From NCBI GenBank assembly GCA_010093705.1, contig MU006102.1:128123-192122 (forward strand): a stretch of 64,000 nucleotides of DNA, given 5' to 3'. The stretch comes from Patellaria atrata CBS 101060 (Eukaryota). A model generated the notes under the pieces. The model made no database searches and was not told the DNA's origin. It worked only from the letters and a program-made list of their open reading frames with translations. Positions 50,609 through 62,795 of this stretch are shown here, one piece after another (within the stretch, counting starts at the first letter, position 1; each line of letters opens with the position of its first letter). The position numbers and the translations under genes are program-made.

Positions 50609-52830
50609 TCACATAGCTTCCACAACTGCCCTCAGCTTCCCAAAATCCGGCGTCCCCCACCCGGTAACAGGATCCCACCCTACGGTGCCATTCCACCACG
50701 CCCCCGGGATAATCGCACCGCCCGGGACCGGCTGTCCGGTCTGGTAATTCACACCGTTACACCCGCCTGCTCTTCCGCCTGTAATATCGTTCAGAACTTT
50801 GTATCCGCTAGAGTAGAGCCACGGGTTGATGAAGCCGAGGGCTGGTTTGCCGAGTTTGAAGCGCGCGTCGTTCAGGAGGGCGATGATGGCGGCGACGACG
50901 GGACTGTGGAAAAGGGGGTGAGTGTGTAAGCTCTGAATAGACGGTGGGGGGTGGTATGATGAGAACTTACGCAGCGGCACTTGTCCCACCGGTCCCACGG
51001 CGAGCGCCGTTGTTGTAGTATACGTATCTATCGTTCTATCAGCTCTCCGTATTTCAAACTAAATATGGGGCCGGACTTCACTCACGGTGGTCCCAGCGAA
51101 TGCGCTGAGATATCTGGGAACCCGCGTCCGCCGGTCAGATTCGCATATTGGGAGTAGTAACGAAGGGTCTCGTTGGTAACCTGCGTGTTCAGGTAGGTTT
51201 CTACAGCTGCGTCTTGGTAGGGGGGACGGGGGAAATAGTTCGAGAAACCGCCGGAAGAGCCTTCCCAGGCGACTTCGGGGTTAACGCTGTATGATATTAG
51301 TGGGATGAGCGACTCGGTAGGGGAAGGAACGGGGAAAGAAGGACTACGCTTGTGTGCCGCCGATGCTGAGGATGTAGGGGCATGTGGCGGGGAAGATGGG
51401 GTTGAATTCTGGAGCGTTGCTGCCGTCATTCTTACGGCAACTCGAACCGACGCCTATCCCGTTGTAAGTCTACTGGTTCTCTCGTCGAAGTAGAAATTGA
51501 GGTTGTGAACGGGGTGGTATACCTATATCTCCTGAAGACTCGAGTATGGTAATTCCTCGCATGCCCATCATCGCGATCATATCACAGGTTCGTCGTGCGT
51601 AGTTCTCTGGGACGGACTAAACACGTACAATTAGAAAAGGTGCAAGAAATATCTAGACTAAGGGCTCCCTTACGTCTTCCCACTCCCCATAAGAGTTTGA
51701 GATGACTTGCGGCAACTCGGAGTTCTCCAAAGAGAGAAGATATGTGTAATACGGTACATACGGCTCGTTATAGTTATCCGCCGGCGTCGGTTGATCCAGG
51801 TTCGGGATGAACGGTCTGTTTTAATAAGCAACCGATGAACGAAAAGGGGCATGAAACAAAAAGACAGATATAAGAGAAGGAAAAAGGCTCACGGGGACCC
51901 TCCGGTCGAATACTCAGTAACATCCAGCCCCGCCGCAACCGCAATGATAAACTGCACATCCAGATTCGGCTCCCCATGATCCGTCGCCGCGCTCTGATCG
52001 TTCGTCCCGTTCGCGATACTCACGACGCTGAAGTTCTGCATCGGCAGGTCGAACTCCCGCTCGTAGAGCGCGAGGTCGGCGTACGAAGCGGACAGGTTCA
52101 GGAAGGATCCGAAGCCAATCCGGCTGCTCGAGTTCAGCGACGGCGTGTACGAGATGTTGTACATGGCTTTCAGACACACGGGCGTGATGGAGGAACTGCA
52201 CGAGGCCGGGATCGCGGATTGCCGTTTCGTCGGGGCCATAACCTCCCGGTCGGCGTTAGCGACCACGTGGGGAAGCACGCGCGTGGGCGCGAACGCCGCC
52301 GTGCGCCCGAAGTACGTCGTCGGCGTTACGAGTTGGATGTGCGCTCGCACCTCTTCGGGCAAGGAGTACGCGGTCGTGCGCAGCTTGGTCGTGCCGTCGA
52401 GGGTGAAGTAGGCGAATGAGGTGTCGAGGAGGGCGTTCGCGACGCCAACTGACGTCGCGAAATTGACCCAGTGGCCGTCGCTGGAGATGGCGGTGATGCC
52501 GTGGTGCGCGAGCCAGGATATTACAGATTCTTCGGCAGCGGGGGAGGCGCGGAAGAAGGAGTGAGTTTCGGAGCGGGTGAGGTGGTGGCCGTAGGTCGGG
52601 GACGAGGGGGAGGAGATGGAGAGGAGTTTGGATTCGAGCTGGTCGAGGTTTTGAAGCTGGAGGCCGATCTGGAGCTGGATTGGGGTGTCGTCGCTCGGGG
52701 TATTGGTGTGTCGCCAGCCGGCTGGGACGGAGGCAAGACGTTCGTGGAGAACATGGCGGGAGAGGACGGGGGAGAAGAGAGAAGAGAGGGTGGAAAGAGA
52801 GATGGTGAGGTGGGTGAAGAGGGAAGGCAT
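50609..52830 (-). CDS. Secreted S53 sedolisin / tripeptidyl-peptidase, multi-exon
   Basis: Signal peptide; prodomain SSPTYGHHLT; GEPNLDVQF; SSGD; GSSGGFSNYFPRPPYQ; GRGFPDISA; GGTSAA; GFINPWLY; GWDPVTGWGTP. Confidence 0.93.
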
Positions 52831-53113
52831 CTTTGTTACAAGCTATGATCTAGGCTTGATCTATAGGAGGAAAGTTGGGCGAGAGACTCCTCGCCGTCCT
52901 TCAATTGCTAGGAAGGACAAACTAAGAAAATAAGAGAAATACAAAAAGGTATGATGAGGAGCTCAAGCTATATAAAGAGCTTGTGACGGCATGGTTGACA
53001 GGGGGTAGTATATTTCCCTGCAAGCTTCACACGAAACACTTCGATAGCTGCTAGGTACAGAGATGCCTATATTGCGATATCGTATCTTGCAGATCCTACA
53101 ATCACAGTGATAA

Positions 53114-53152
53114 GGGGGGATTGGGGGGGGCATTGGGGGGCATATGGGGGGG
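53114..53152 (+). promoter_or_regulatory. Potential G-quadruplex upstream of the sedolisin gene
   Basis: G6-ATT-G8-CATT-G6-CATAT-G7. Confidence 0.55.
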
Positions 53153-53944
53153 CCTCGTGTGGTACCTGTATGAGTGTTTAAGCATCGTACCATAGTGCTT
53201 GTTACAATGCTTGTTGATGGCTAGGGGCTAGGGTAAGTATCTATATTGCATTTTGTGGGAAAAGGCCAATCGTCGTTGAAGGATTTATATCACCTTCTGA
53301 CCCTAGAGCTAACCCCGCAACCGGGGTGAAGAGGTTGAAAGCAAGACGGGGATAAACGATAATTGAGTCGAGCGTTCTTTATTTCGATGAAGTTGCGCGT
53401 TGATCCGAAGTGAGATGAGATAGATAGTTCTATAATTGATGAGTACAAGTGAAATAGAGGTGCGAAATTATGGCGCTAGTATCGTGTATGCACAGAGAGA
53501 TGATAGAGTGGTCGTTGGAAGATGAGAGTAAGAGTAAGTTACCTATTTTACTTCCCTCTAATATTTTTTAGTGTTCTAATCCTTTTCTTGATCCAGCTGG
53601 AGAATGTTCTCTGACATGACTAGATAACGAACGACGTTGTTTGAGGTAGGAGAGTTTAGAGATGGTGGGGGAGAGGATTTGCATCACTTCATCCCTATAA
53701 CTAGCTTAAATAGGGGTAAGATGGAGTCCAAGAGCCATTGAAAGAATCTTATCATTCTCCCTCATCACTCCCTTCGTGTTTAGCCCGTCGCAGCTGGTCC
53801 CAAATCTTCAACATTTTCGACCGCAACATCTCTATATTTTCCGCGTACGAGATAAGAAATCTAGTGACCATCTAACAAAGAAATAATATCCCATCCCCAA
53901 AAACCAAAAGAATGCTAACTTCCAACCCTCTCCCAACCCCATTT

Positions 53945-56131
53945 CTACCCATACTCCCCTACTCCCAGCCTCCCCAAGCGATCCAAGCGATCCAACACCC
54001 CACACCCCTCATCCACCAGCGCGCCCGCCATGCGCAAGCCCTCCCTCTCACTGATATGCATCAGGACTCCCCTGATCCATCGGCGCTGGGTCTTCGTAGT
54101 ATGCGGGCTCCCACGCAGGGCCACATGTAGCGGCCACATGAGGAAGTAGCTGTTGAGAGGCGAAGTAGTACTGCTGATCGGGGGTTCTGGAAACGGGTTA
54201 GTAAGGTTTATGGAGGCGGGGACGAGGTCGATGAGGGTGTCTATGAGGGATGATTGCGTGCGGACGGCGCGGTTCGTGAGGTGCGATTTGGAGAGGCGGA
54301 GGGTGGGTTGAGGGGGAGGCGATGGCGAGAAGCACGAGCGAAATGTGTGATCTGTGGAGCCGCTGGTGGGGCTTGAGTCGTTGCTGGAGGAGCGGGACGA
54401 GCGTATGAACTGGGAAATGTGGTGCCAGTTTGAGTAGTGCGAGAGGCATGTTTCGAGGAGTCTGTTGAGGACGATTCTGGAGGCGACATAGAAGTGCCAG
54501 TTGCTGGCAATCCAAGAGGGCTCATTGCCGTGTGCTGAGACAACGGCCGCAGATTTCTCTAGTTTCTCGTCTAGAGTAACTATATCTTCAATCAGTTGGA
54601 TGAGAGTGCTGAAGTCTTCGATTGTCAGGACGTCATTGATTTGGCTCCTATTGCTGTAAGGAGATGATTTAGTACGGATTAGATCCGGATCGAGGAGAAT
54701 TTTGGCACGTTCCAGCATTCCTGGAATCTCAGATATGACTTTCATGAGATGTTCATTGGGTTTCCAGGATTCCCAGGTGTGGTCGAAGATCTTGGAAGCT
54801 TTTGTCCCGGTAATCATGCCGTGGACAATGGTTTTAAATATTTGTACGCGAAACATCGCGAGACCTATGTCTTTCTGTAATTGAGCTCGCCCGCGCTGCA
54901 ATACAAGACTGGTAGCCCCATTGAGATGGTATATCCAGGAGGAAAGTGAAGTCTTCCCCTTCGAGTCGGATGTTGAAATGTTTATGCTCTAAATGGTAAG
55001 TTAGATTTCTATTTCTCCTTCGGAACACTATCAAACGGAAAGATAGACGGAGGATGAGAGGTTTAGAAGCTAAGTGGTAATGTCCACTTACCTCATAGAG
55101 AATCAATAAATGAACTGCCATCATCGTCTCGTCTTTCAAAGCCTCGCTACTATTTCTCAGGGCTTTATTTGTCGCCCTAATAGCGACAATATATCGCTTG
55201 CTCGCCAACTCCAATGCCGCAGCATCATTCCTCTTATTCGCTAAATGCGCCAGCGCAACGGCTTCGGTAGCAGATGTCATGCAGTTCCGTCTTTTTGCAC
55301 GTCCATACTCGTTTGGGAGAAAGTCAAGGCTAAATACGTACGTCTTTGGAGCCCAGGCATAATCCTGGAAGAATACCCCAACCGCTTGATCTTCGAGATT
55401 CTGCGGTTGCAGTCCAGTCATCGGAGGTCCAGTGTTCCATACATATTGTAGTTGTTGTTGTGGCTGGGTCTGCAGCTGCTGTACTGGTCCGCGGACTACG
55501 GTCATGGCGTTACTCGCCTCTCCTTGGATCCATGTTCCGGGAGTAGTTCCATGCAGTTGAGGCTGTAAAGTAGCTGCCGTCGTTGTTGTTGCATAGTCTG
55601 GAGCTATGGGACCTGCTGATAGATCCGTATGGGCGTAGTAATCCTGGATTTTTTCTTCCGGAGCGGGTAGCTGTACTTCTCCTACTGGTACTGCTGCTTT
55701 CTTGTGGGCCCGAGTTTTGGCAGACTCTGTATCGTCACGGAAAATTAAGTCACTTCGTTCCCGATACCCCTCGCAGGTGTACTTCCCCTTGGATTTGGCA
55801 CAATTATTGCAAAATGGTTTGCCTTCATCACACTGCCGGCCGTTAGCTACTCCGGACGAGTTTCGTTACAAAGTCTCCTCAGGGACAATGATACAGGCCT
55901 TTGCGGATGTATTACGTTCACTCAGGATCATGATTCGGGAATGGTACAATCACAATGTAAGGATCTTGAGATCGTTTGATCATGACTTCAGGATCTATAC
56001 ATTGATGCATCTTATTCCTGTCTCTCATGGGATTCGCACTCGGCCATGCTGTATAAAGAGATGAATGGACTAACCTTGATCTTTCTCCTCAAACATGTCT
56101 TACATCCTTTGCTCGGGCCGTTATATGGCAT
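53945..56131 (-). CDS. Zn(II)2Cys6 transcription factor, multi-exon; the DNA-binding exons are absent from the ORF track
   Basis: Exon 1 56131-56075 MPYNGPSKGCKTCLRRKIK; intron 56074-55833; exon 2 CDEGKPFCNNCAKSKGKYTCEGY...LIFRD, open into the 55505 ORF (A..AVALA...Y..AI...DETMMAVHLLILYE); C-terminal YFLMWPL...RRWIRGVL. Confidence 0.88.
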
Positions 56132-57851
56132 ATTGTCGCGGGTTCACCGTGCGGACGGGAGTTTAGAAACCTTCGGATGCGAGGATAGATTTACAAGAAG
56201 CACAATTCACTATGTATGAAGACTAGAAGACAATCAGTATAGATCAAACAGAAGGATCATGTATGGTCGGAAACCTACCCTAAACTGCAGCGAACGTTTC
56301 TTAAGTATGATCCTTCAAAGTAGGCTTATATCTCGGCCATCCTCTTTCTCATTTCCAATAGTGAAAAGGCGCAGTTGAGATCCAATTCGTAAGGATGCCA
56401 GATTAACGCGTCATGCTTTAAGCGCACATATTGTGGAATGATATGAACGAAGTCCAGAAGGTAGGACGTTGTTTCCCAGTCCCAGTTCAAACATGCAGCA
56501 AACTAGTCCGGTGAACTGGTTCCCGAGTTCCGAGTGACGCCTGAGCTCGCAAGCCTAGGGAATAAGGAATATAGAGATTGACGTAGAATGGTCGTTTTTC
56601 CGCGTCCACCGCGTTTACAGATCCATTAACCTTAGAGAATGCAGAGAATGCGTTTAGCTCTGCCTCGAGTCAGACTGACATCTCGCAAGAAGGTCGAACC
56701 GATGCCATAGTACGTATATTCATGCCGGCCATGATACCGTTACGGGAGGAAGTCCACCTCTTTTCTATTGAAGTTTTCGCATATCGCATGGACTTTGTAT
56801 TACAGAAGAATTTTGGGTGATGTTCCCGAACGGCCCCTGACAGTAGTCTGCATGTGCGGGCCGTTCGGCTGATGTTGCACTTAAGGAGCCTTACGATCGA
56901 ATCTGGTTTTGAATTTGGCCTTGGTGTAGGGATGATAATCCTTCCGTTGTGCTAGGAGTGTCAAAATATCTCGCTTGCGTTATGAACGATGAGGGGATGT
57001 TGTTGATGTTGTTCATCCGCTCAAAAAACCTACAACAACTCCGATAGATTCCCCTCTGGCCCCTAGACACTATATTTATCTGTTTAAATGGGTTATACTC
57101 CGAGATCCTTAAGAATAATCCATATCTCATCCTGAGAGCATTGGCCTGAATTTGCCTTAAACCCATGCGTTTCATGATTCTCAGGTCGGCACCGCCGTGA
57201 TAGGGCTGCAGCTGCGAAACATAGAGGTCGAAATTTGACTTAGGGGAACCACAATCTAACCTAAAGAAGGGGAGGCTTCCGAAAAAGAAAAAGGAGAAAG
57301 GAGAAGATAGTTGATAGTTGCTGGTTGATAGCTGATAGACCGACTTCCAACATTCCCGTCTTCGAAGCCACTTCGATTTAGCATGACAATACTACGGTAG
57401 TATAACTAGACCTACATTTCGAATGCCACTGATGACTACTGTGTTTCAAGCGAGGGTACGTACAGACGCTCCATTTCTGATGTAGTGATCATCTTTTTGC
57501 CCCATCATCCTCGGAGTGTTTTGCTTGGCCCCTATGAAGTTGAATAGCACTCTTCCGGATTCTCTTCACCTAACACCCCAAGATGGTTTTACTTGCTGGT
57601 ACCGGCCGGTAGAGCTAGCTTGCAGAGACTACTCTGCGCATCTTCTCCTTCAACGTCTAAACTCTTTGATATTGTCTTTCCGTTAGTTGCATCTAATGTT
57701 CCGGTGCGGGGCATAAACAATAGACAAAGCATGATAATGAGCTCGAAGATAGTGCGATATTAGGAAGACCTGTGCGTCAGTTGCGTTGTACTACATACAC
57801 ACATGACCCCTATCTCTAACTATCACATGCGATTGCTATAACGGAAAGGTG

Positions 57852-60800
57852 CTACCCGGGGATAGATGCATCCCTCTCCTTTCTTCCTTTCTGTTTTCTT
57901 CTCTCCACCGCGTCTTTCAATGCTTCCAACCTCTCCTGAGTCACCCTGATTGCCTCGTCAATCTCTCGCTCCGTCATGGCCTCGTCCTCCAATCTGCCTT
58001 CCATGGATTTAGATTTCCGTAGTCGACGCCGTCGATCCAGATCTTCCTCGTCTCTCAAGACATCAGCAGATATTCTGTCAAGGGCCATTCGATCTTCCAG
58101 CCATTTCCATAGCTCACTCTCTTCCCGTCGCCAGATCTCTTCATATGCAGCAATACGCTGCGGTGTAGCGATGCCTGAGAGACCGATTCCGCCCATGTTT
58201 ACCCCAGGCCCTGACGAGGGTCTGCTGAACCAAAACAGACTTGCGAGAATGAAGAAAATTGCTGTGATGACCGTGGCAGTGCCTAACAGGTCTACGATAG
58301 GTCCGAACACTGAACGTAAAGGTTCGAGGAGACCCCGACTTGCATTGCCAGCCCGATCACGGGTATTACTGGTGGTGTGGGAGTCCACAGGAGCTGGTGC
58401 ATCCGAGATTTCCTTTCTCCGCCGGCCTTTGCCTGCTTTCCCTTTTGGAGCAGATTTTAGTAGTGGTTTCGCTGATACTGCAGCCCGAAGAGCTGCCACG
58501 ATGTCTTTAGCATATTGTGTTTGCCCGTCGTTGGCGCCTTTCTCAATGGGACCTGATCGTTGTCAGCCGCTTTCTTCTTCCTTGAAATACTCCTACTAGG
58601 GAGATACCTTTAAGCCAACTCTTCCCTGACCATTCGACAGTACATGTCATTATTAGCCTCGTCCCGTTATTTGGGCCCCATGACAAGCAATATCTTGTCT
58701 TGACTACAAAGATGTTTCCACTTGGGACATCTGGATTCTGCGTGGAGCACAATACCGTGACCGCTTTTTCTAAATCAAATTGCTCGAGGCTCTGATTGAT
58801 GATACATTTCGTTTGCTTAGGGCCAATTGCTGCATATAGAGGCTTGATGAAACTGTAGCTGAATGTTTTCGCATGTGGGCCCACGCCCTTACCGTCATCT
58901 TCCAGTTGTAAATCCATCGATTTTTGTTCGTCGATCAGCCACTTGCGCATGAAGCTACCAGAAGCCGGTCCGAACATCATCGAGTATATCTTGCCGAGAG
59001 GCGCAGCAATTACGGTATCCACAAGCAATTTATCATAATGGCTCGTTCCATCACCACAATCGGTTGGGGCATGCGTTGTCGGACCCGGGAAGTCGGCACT
59101 GGCAACCGCTCCGGTAAGAGCGGCTTCGACCGCATTAATGTCCTTAGCGGTCCCATTTGCTACTGGTTGGCCGACCACTGCAGCAGATGTTTTCCGGGAT
59201 ACCGATTGTAGATCTCCCAAATCGCTCCCGACAATGCTTCCTTCGCCCCCTTCCGTGTAACTAGCATTATCTTCTTCTTCCTCTGCATCCTCATCGTAAA
59301 CCTCGTCGTCGGAGCCCTCCTCTGAATCATCATTTGTACCCATAGATTCAGCTTTCTCAGTTTTGTCACCAGTTCCTTCATTATCGAGCATCACGCCGTT
59401 TACTGAAGATTTTAGATTCGGATGACTGATCTTCCAGATTCCGATGATGAGATCATATGTCGAGTCCCTCGAAACGAAACTCGCGAAAACATTACGTGCA
59501 TGGAGCGTCTGGATGACAATCGCATTGGGAAATATGACTGCCGTGCTCTTCTTCTCCACTGAAACGACCTCATCGAAACTTATTACAAGATTCGTTACCC
59601 AACCAAGGATATTACTCGAAAAGCACATATGACCTTCAGAGACATATAACCTGCCGTGGAGTAAGATATCCTTCTGCAGGGCAGCGCTGTAGTCTTCAAT
59701 CAAGTAGTCGTCTTCTGGGACGCTTCTGAAGAGACCATGAAAATCCCTATTCCGTTTGCTGCTCGCGACGGCGAATCCCGTCAAGCGCTGCGCACTGGAC
59801 GATGGATTGGCTAACCCAGTATGAGTTTGTGATATTGCAGCAGCAATGGCACTATGTCCAGTCGTTGCTGAACTTCCTCTGTGCCGCCTTCCCTTTGTCT
59901 TCTCGCTGATGCGGCTGCGTACACTTCCACTCCGGCGGATCCCCGAGCTGTCTAAATCATTTGCCGGAGTACGTGGGGGCGTCCTATCACCTATTATACC
60001 TGTAAAAGAGCGAGAGCGGTCTCGATCACCCGACATACTCTCTGTCGTCGAGCCTGCTTTCTCGTCGCCATTTGGACGGTCGAGATATGCAGCAGAGATA
60101 GCACGTGCAGCAGCGGTATCTTCGGCATTAGCAGCGGCTTCGTCGTTATCAAGAGTTGAGCCATTACTAAGATCTGTTTTGGAAGCCATTGGAGACGGTT
60201 CGCTCGGATCTACTATTCCAAGATGGGAGAAGGAGAGGTTACCGGAGCCAAGAGTCTCAATAGCAAGCGGTTTCTTTTTGATGGTGTTCTCCGGGGAGCC
60301 AGGAATGACCTCCTCACCACCTGACTGGTTCTCCTTTGATTGGTCTGAGCCGCCAGTCCCGCTACGATTGCGAGGGTTATTATTTATAGTACCGATAGTG
60401 TTAGTCAAGGAATTTGCCGCGTTCTGTGCAGCAGAGAAAACAGATGAGAAGAAACTTGAGGAAGAAGCCTGCAGAGAGGTAAGCGTCCCTCCAGGTGTCT
60501 TGGCCTCTTCGACTGTTGGTGTTAAAGGAGCAGAGATGGAGTTAGAAAGCTTGCTCGGTGGGTTCGTGCCGGATCTTGCGCGGCGATGTGATATCATGTT
60601 CCCCGAAGGGGATGTAACAATATTCGACTCCGATTGACTAGTTTTATGTAACGCACCATCGGTTGCGCTTTTTAACACATTTGAAGCTACTTTACCAGAT
60701 CGTGGTGCTCGTGGTTCGGTTGGTGTCGGAGGGGTAATGAGTGTTGTCGGAGCTTCGTGTACGCTAAGTGGAGTTGAAGGTACGGATGCAGATGTGTCGA

Positions 60801-62193
60801 TACGTCGCGGTGAAGCTGTACTGTTGATGGATACGGTGGATTCTCCCGCAGATACGCCAGTGTTGGTATGCTGAGGGAGCTCTTCAGTATCTTTTGAACC
60901 CCTCCGCGAGCCAGAATCACCCTTTTTCCCAGCAAAGAGGTTGCCGAGCCCTCCGTTGCTTCCGGCAGATTTGACCGTGTCTGTCTCGCCCGGTCCCACA
61001 AGCTTTGGCGTAGTAGACCTCCGCGCAGGGACAAAGGCGTCCTTGAGCTTTCCCACGGGAGATGTACTACGCTTTTGTGACGAATATACGTCTGATGTAC
61101 TCGCGTGCTCTGGCGCCAGCGTGTCGTCAAGAGATTGTGAGGTCTCCACAGCAGGACCGAATGCGTTCGAGCCACGGGTTTCCGAGGCGATCAGAGGGGA
61201 AGAAAGTGTTAAGTAGCCAGCGTGAGACTGTCGGGGAGATAGCGTTGGTCTGGGTGGAGGGCTGATGATACGGCTGGTTAGTGGACAATGCGAAGTGAGC
61301 GAGAGGGCTGTGTAGGGTATGATGGAACCGCTGAGGAAAGTAGAGCAAGGTAACCAATGCGTCAATGAAGAACTGGAAATGCGCAACCTCTGGAATGACC
61401 GCCAGCGGTATGAATGTTACAAGGTAAAATCATACTTGTGTATTTGTACGTAAGGTACTGTTGTTGAAGGTAAAAAGTTGTACAGTAAGGTGAGTTCTAG
61501 ATGCGGAGACGAGAAGTGGGTCGTAAGTTACGAGGGTCCTCGTCAACGCAAGGTACAGTAACTCCGCATCCGATTCCAGAACAAGGCAAGTTCGCGACGT
61601 TCGAGCATCAGGTCGGGTAGGGTATACAAAATGACTAATGAGATAAAGAAAAGAAACAGTAATGCTTACGAATCGACATCTGAATCTTCCGTCAACAGAC
61701 TGCTGGCTACACTTTTGTGAAGTTGAAGACTCTCTTCGCTAGGGTTAGGGTTCGGTAAGCTTCCTGTCGCGTCCCCTCCGAAGGTGCTATGCTGTAACAA
61801 ATGAAGGCCTGAACCTCTGCGACTCTGTAACTCTTGTTCTAATTCCTCCGTTGACATGCTCGCGCCTGGATTGTTGGTCTTTTTCTTCGCTTTCCGCCTC
61901 GAAAACAGCTTAGAAACGCGATTTTGTGTGCTACCACTCTTCTCCGAACTGATGCTACTGCGGCGATCATCAGACTGTCTACGAGTTTTGTCCATGAGTT
62001 TGTCAAGGGCGCCGTCTAGGGAAGGCCTTTTGGCCGTGGTAGATCCGTCGTTACTGAGACCATTGCTTGCAAGAGATAGCGTGGAGGAATCATCGATACG
62101 GGAGTTCCTGCGGCTTCTGTTCCCCTTGAAAAGGCCTGATAGATTGGAACTGCCAGCTGTGGGTTGATGGGTAGATTCTGGAGTTAGAGACAT
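57852..62193 (-). CDS. LAM/Ltc-family membrane-anchored sterol transfer protein (GRAM + VASt domains, C-terminal TM), 3 exons
   Basis: KRNRDFHGLFRSVPEDDYLIEDYSAALQKDILLHGRLYVS (GRAM); TQNPDVPSGNIFVVKTRYCLSW...SWLK / GPIEKGANDGQ (VASt); introns 61669-61262 and about 58607-58552. Confidence 0.92.
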
Positions 62194-62323
62194 GGTGCCT
62201 CTCGCCTAAGTAGCGGAAAGAAATAGGAAGGTGATTAGAGTATTTGCGTTAGATGTAATGGCATCGAATCCTCTAGCAGTGCTTGGGTTTATGTGCTCTT
62301 TGGGAGCTGCTTGATAAGTCCTC

Positions 62324-62338
62324 GGGGGGGGGGGGGGG
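62324..62338. repeat. G15 homopolymer (C15 on the LAM gene strand)
   Basis: Read directly. Confidence 0.9.
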
Positions 62339-62795
62339 CTAAGGAAAGAGCTGAGCAGCGTTTGTCTCATGTAAGTTGAAATCTACCCGGCGCATATTTT
62401 GTAGAAATCCGCCTTGCTGACCCAGAGATCATGTAGAAGGTACCAGCGTTCAAGCCGTACAAAAAGAAAAGTCGCGATAGGTTGCTGTGGGGGAGTAGTT
62501 TGTAGATATTGGGGGGTAAAGGTTCTGGTGGTATTTCAATATGGGTATCATGATCCTGTATAGGGCTAGTTCTATCTGAGAAGTGCCTCGTCATTTGGCG
62601 TGAAGACCCCCTGCGCGTGTCCCGCGGACGCACATGTTCGCAGTTTCACACAGCATTCCGCACCTCATCAACACCTCAGTCTCCTACAAGTACTCCGTAC
62701 AATAGGGTCACTTCATTTATATGAGACCTTCGCTACTCTACCATCGTCCAACCATCCTTGATGCTGTAACTCACGACACCTAAACGAGAGAAGAC

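Noticed and set aside
50609..56131. Sedolisin plus Zn2Cys6 factor as a co-regulated mini-cluster
   Set aside because: Adjacency only; no binding-site or other evidence in the sequence
57976..60637. Long antisense ORFs (207 and 263 aa) opposite the LAM gene
   Set aside because: Codon-mirror shadows of the real CDS with no independent features
17662..62193. Apparent lipid and membrane-traffic cluster (DRS2, DGAT1, Sec7 GEF, LAM)
   Set aside because: Genes are far apart and interleaved with unrelated housekeeping genes; no evidence of a functional cluster
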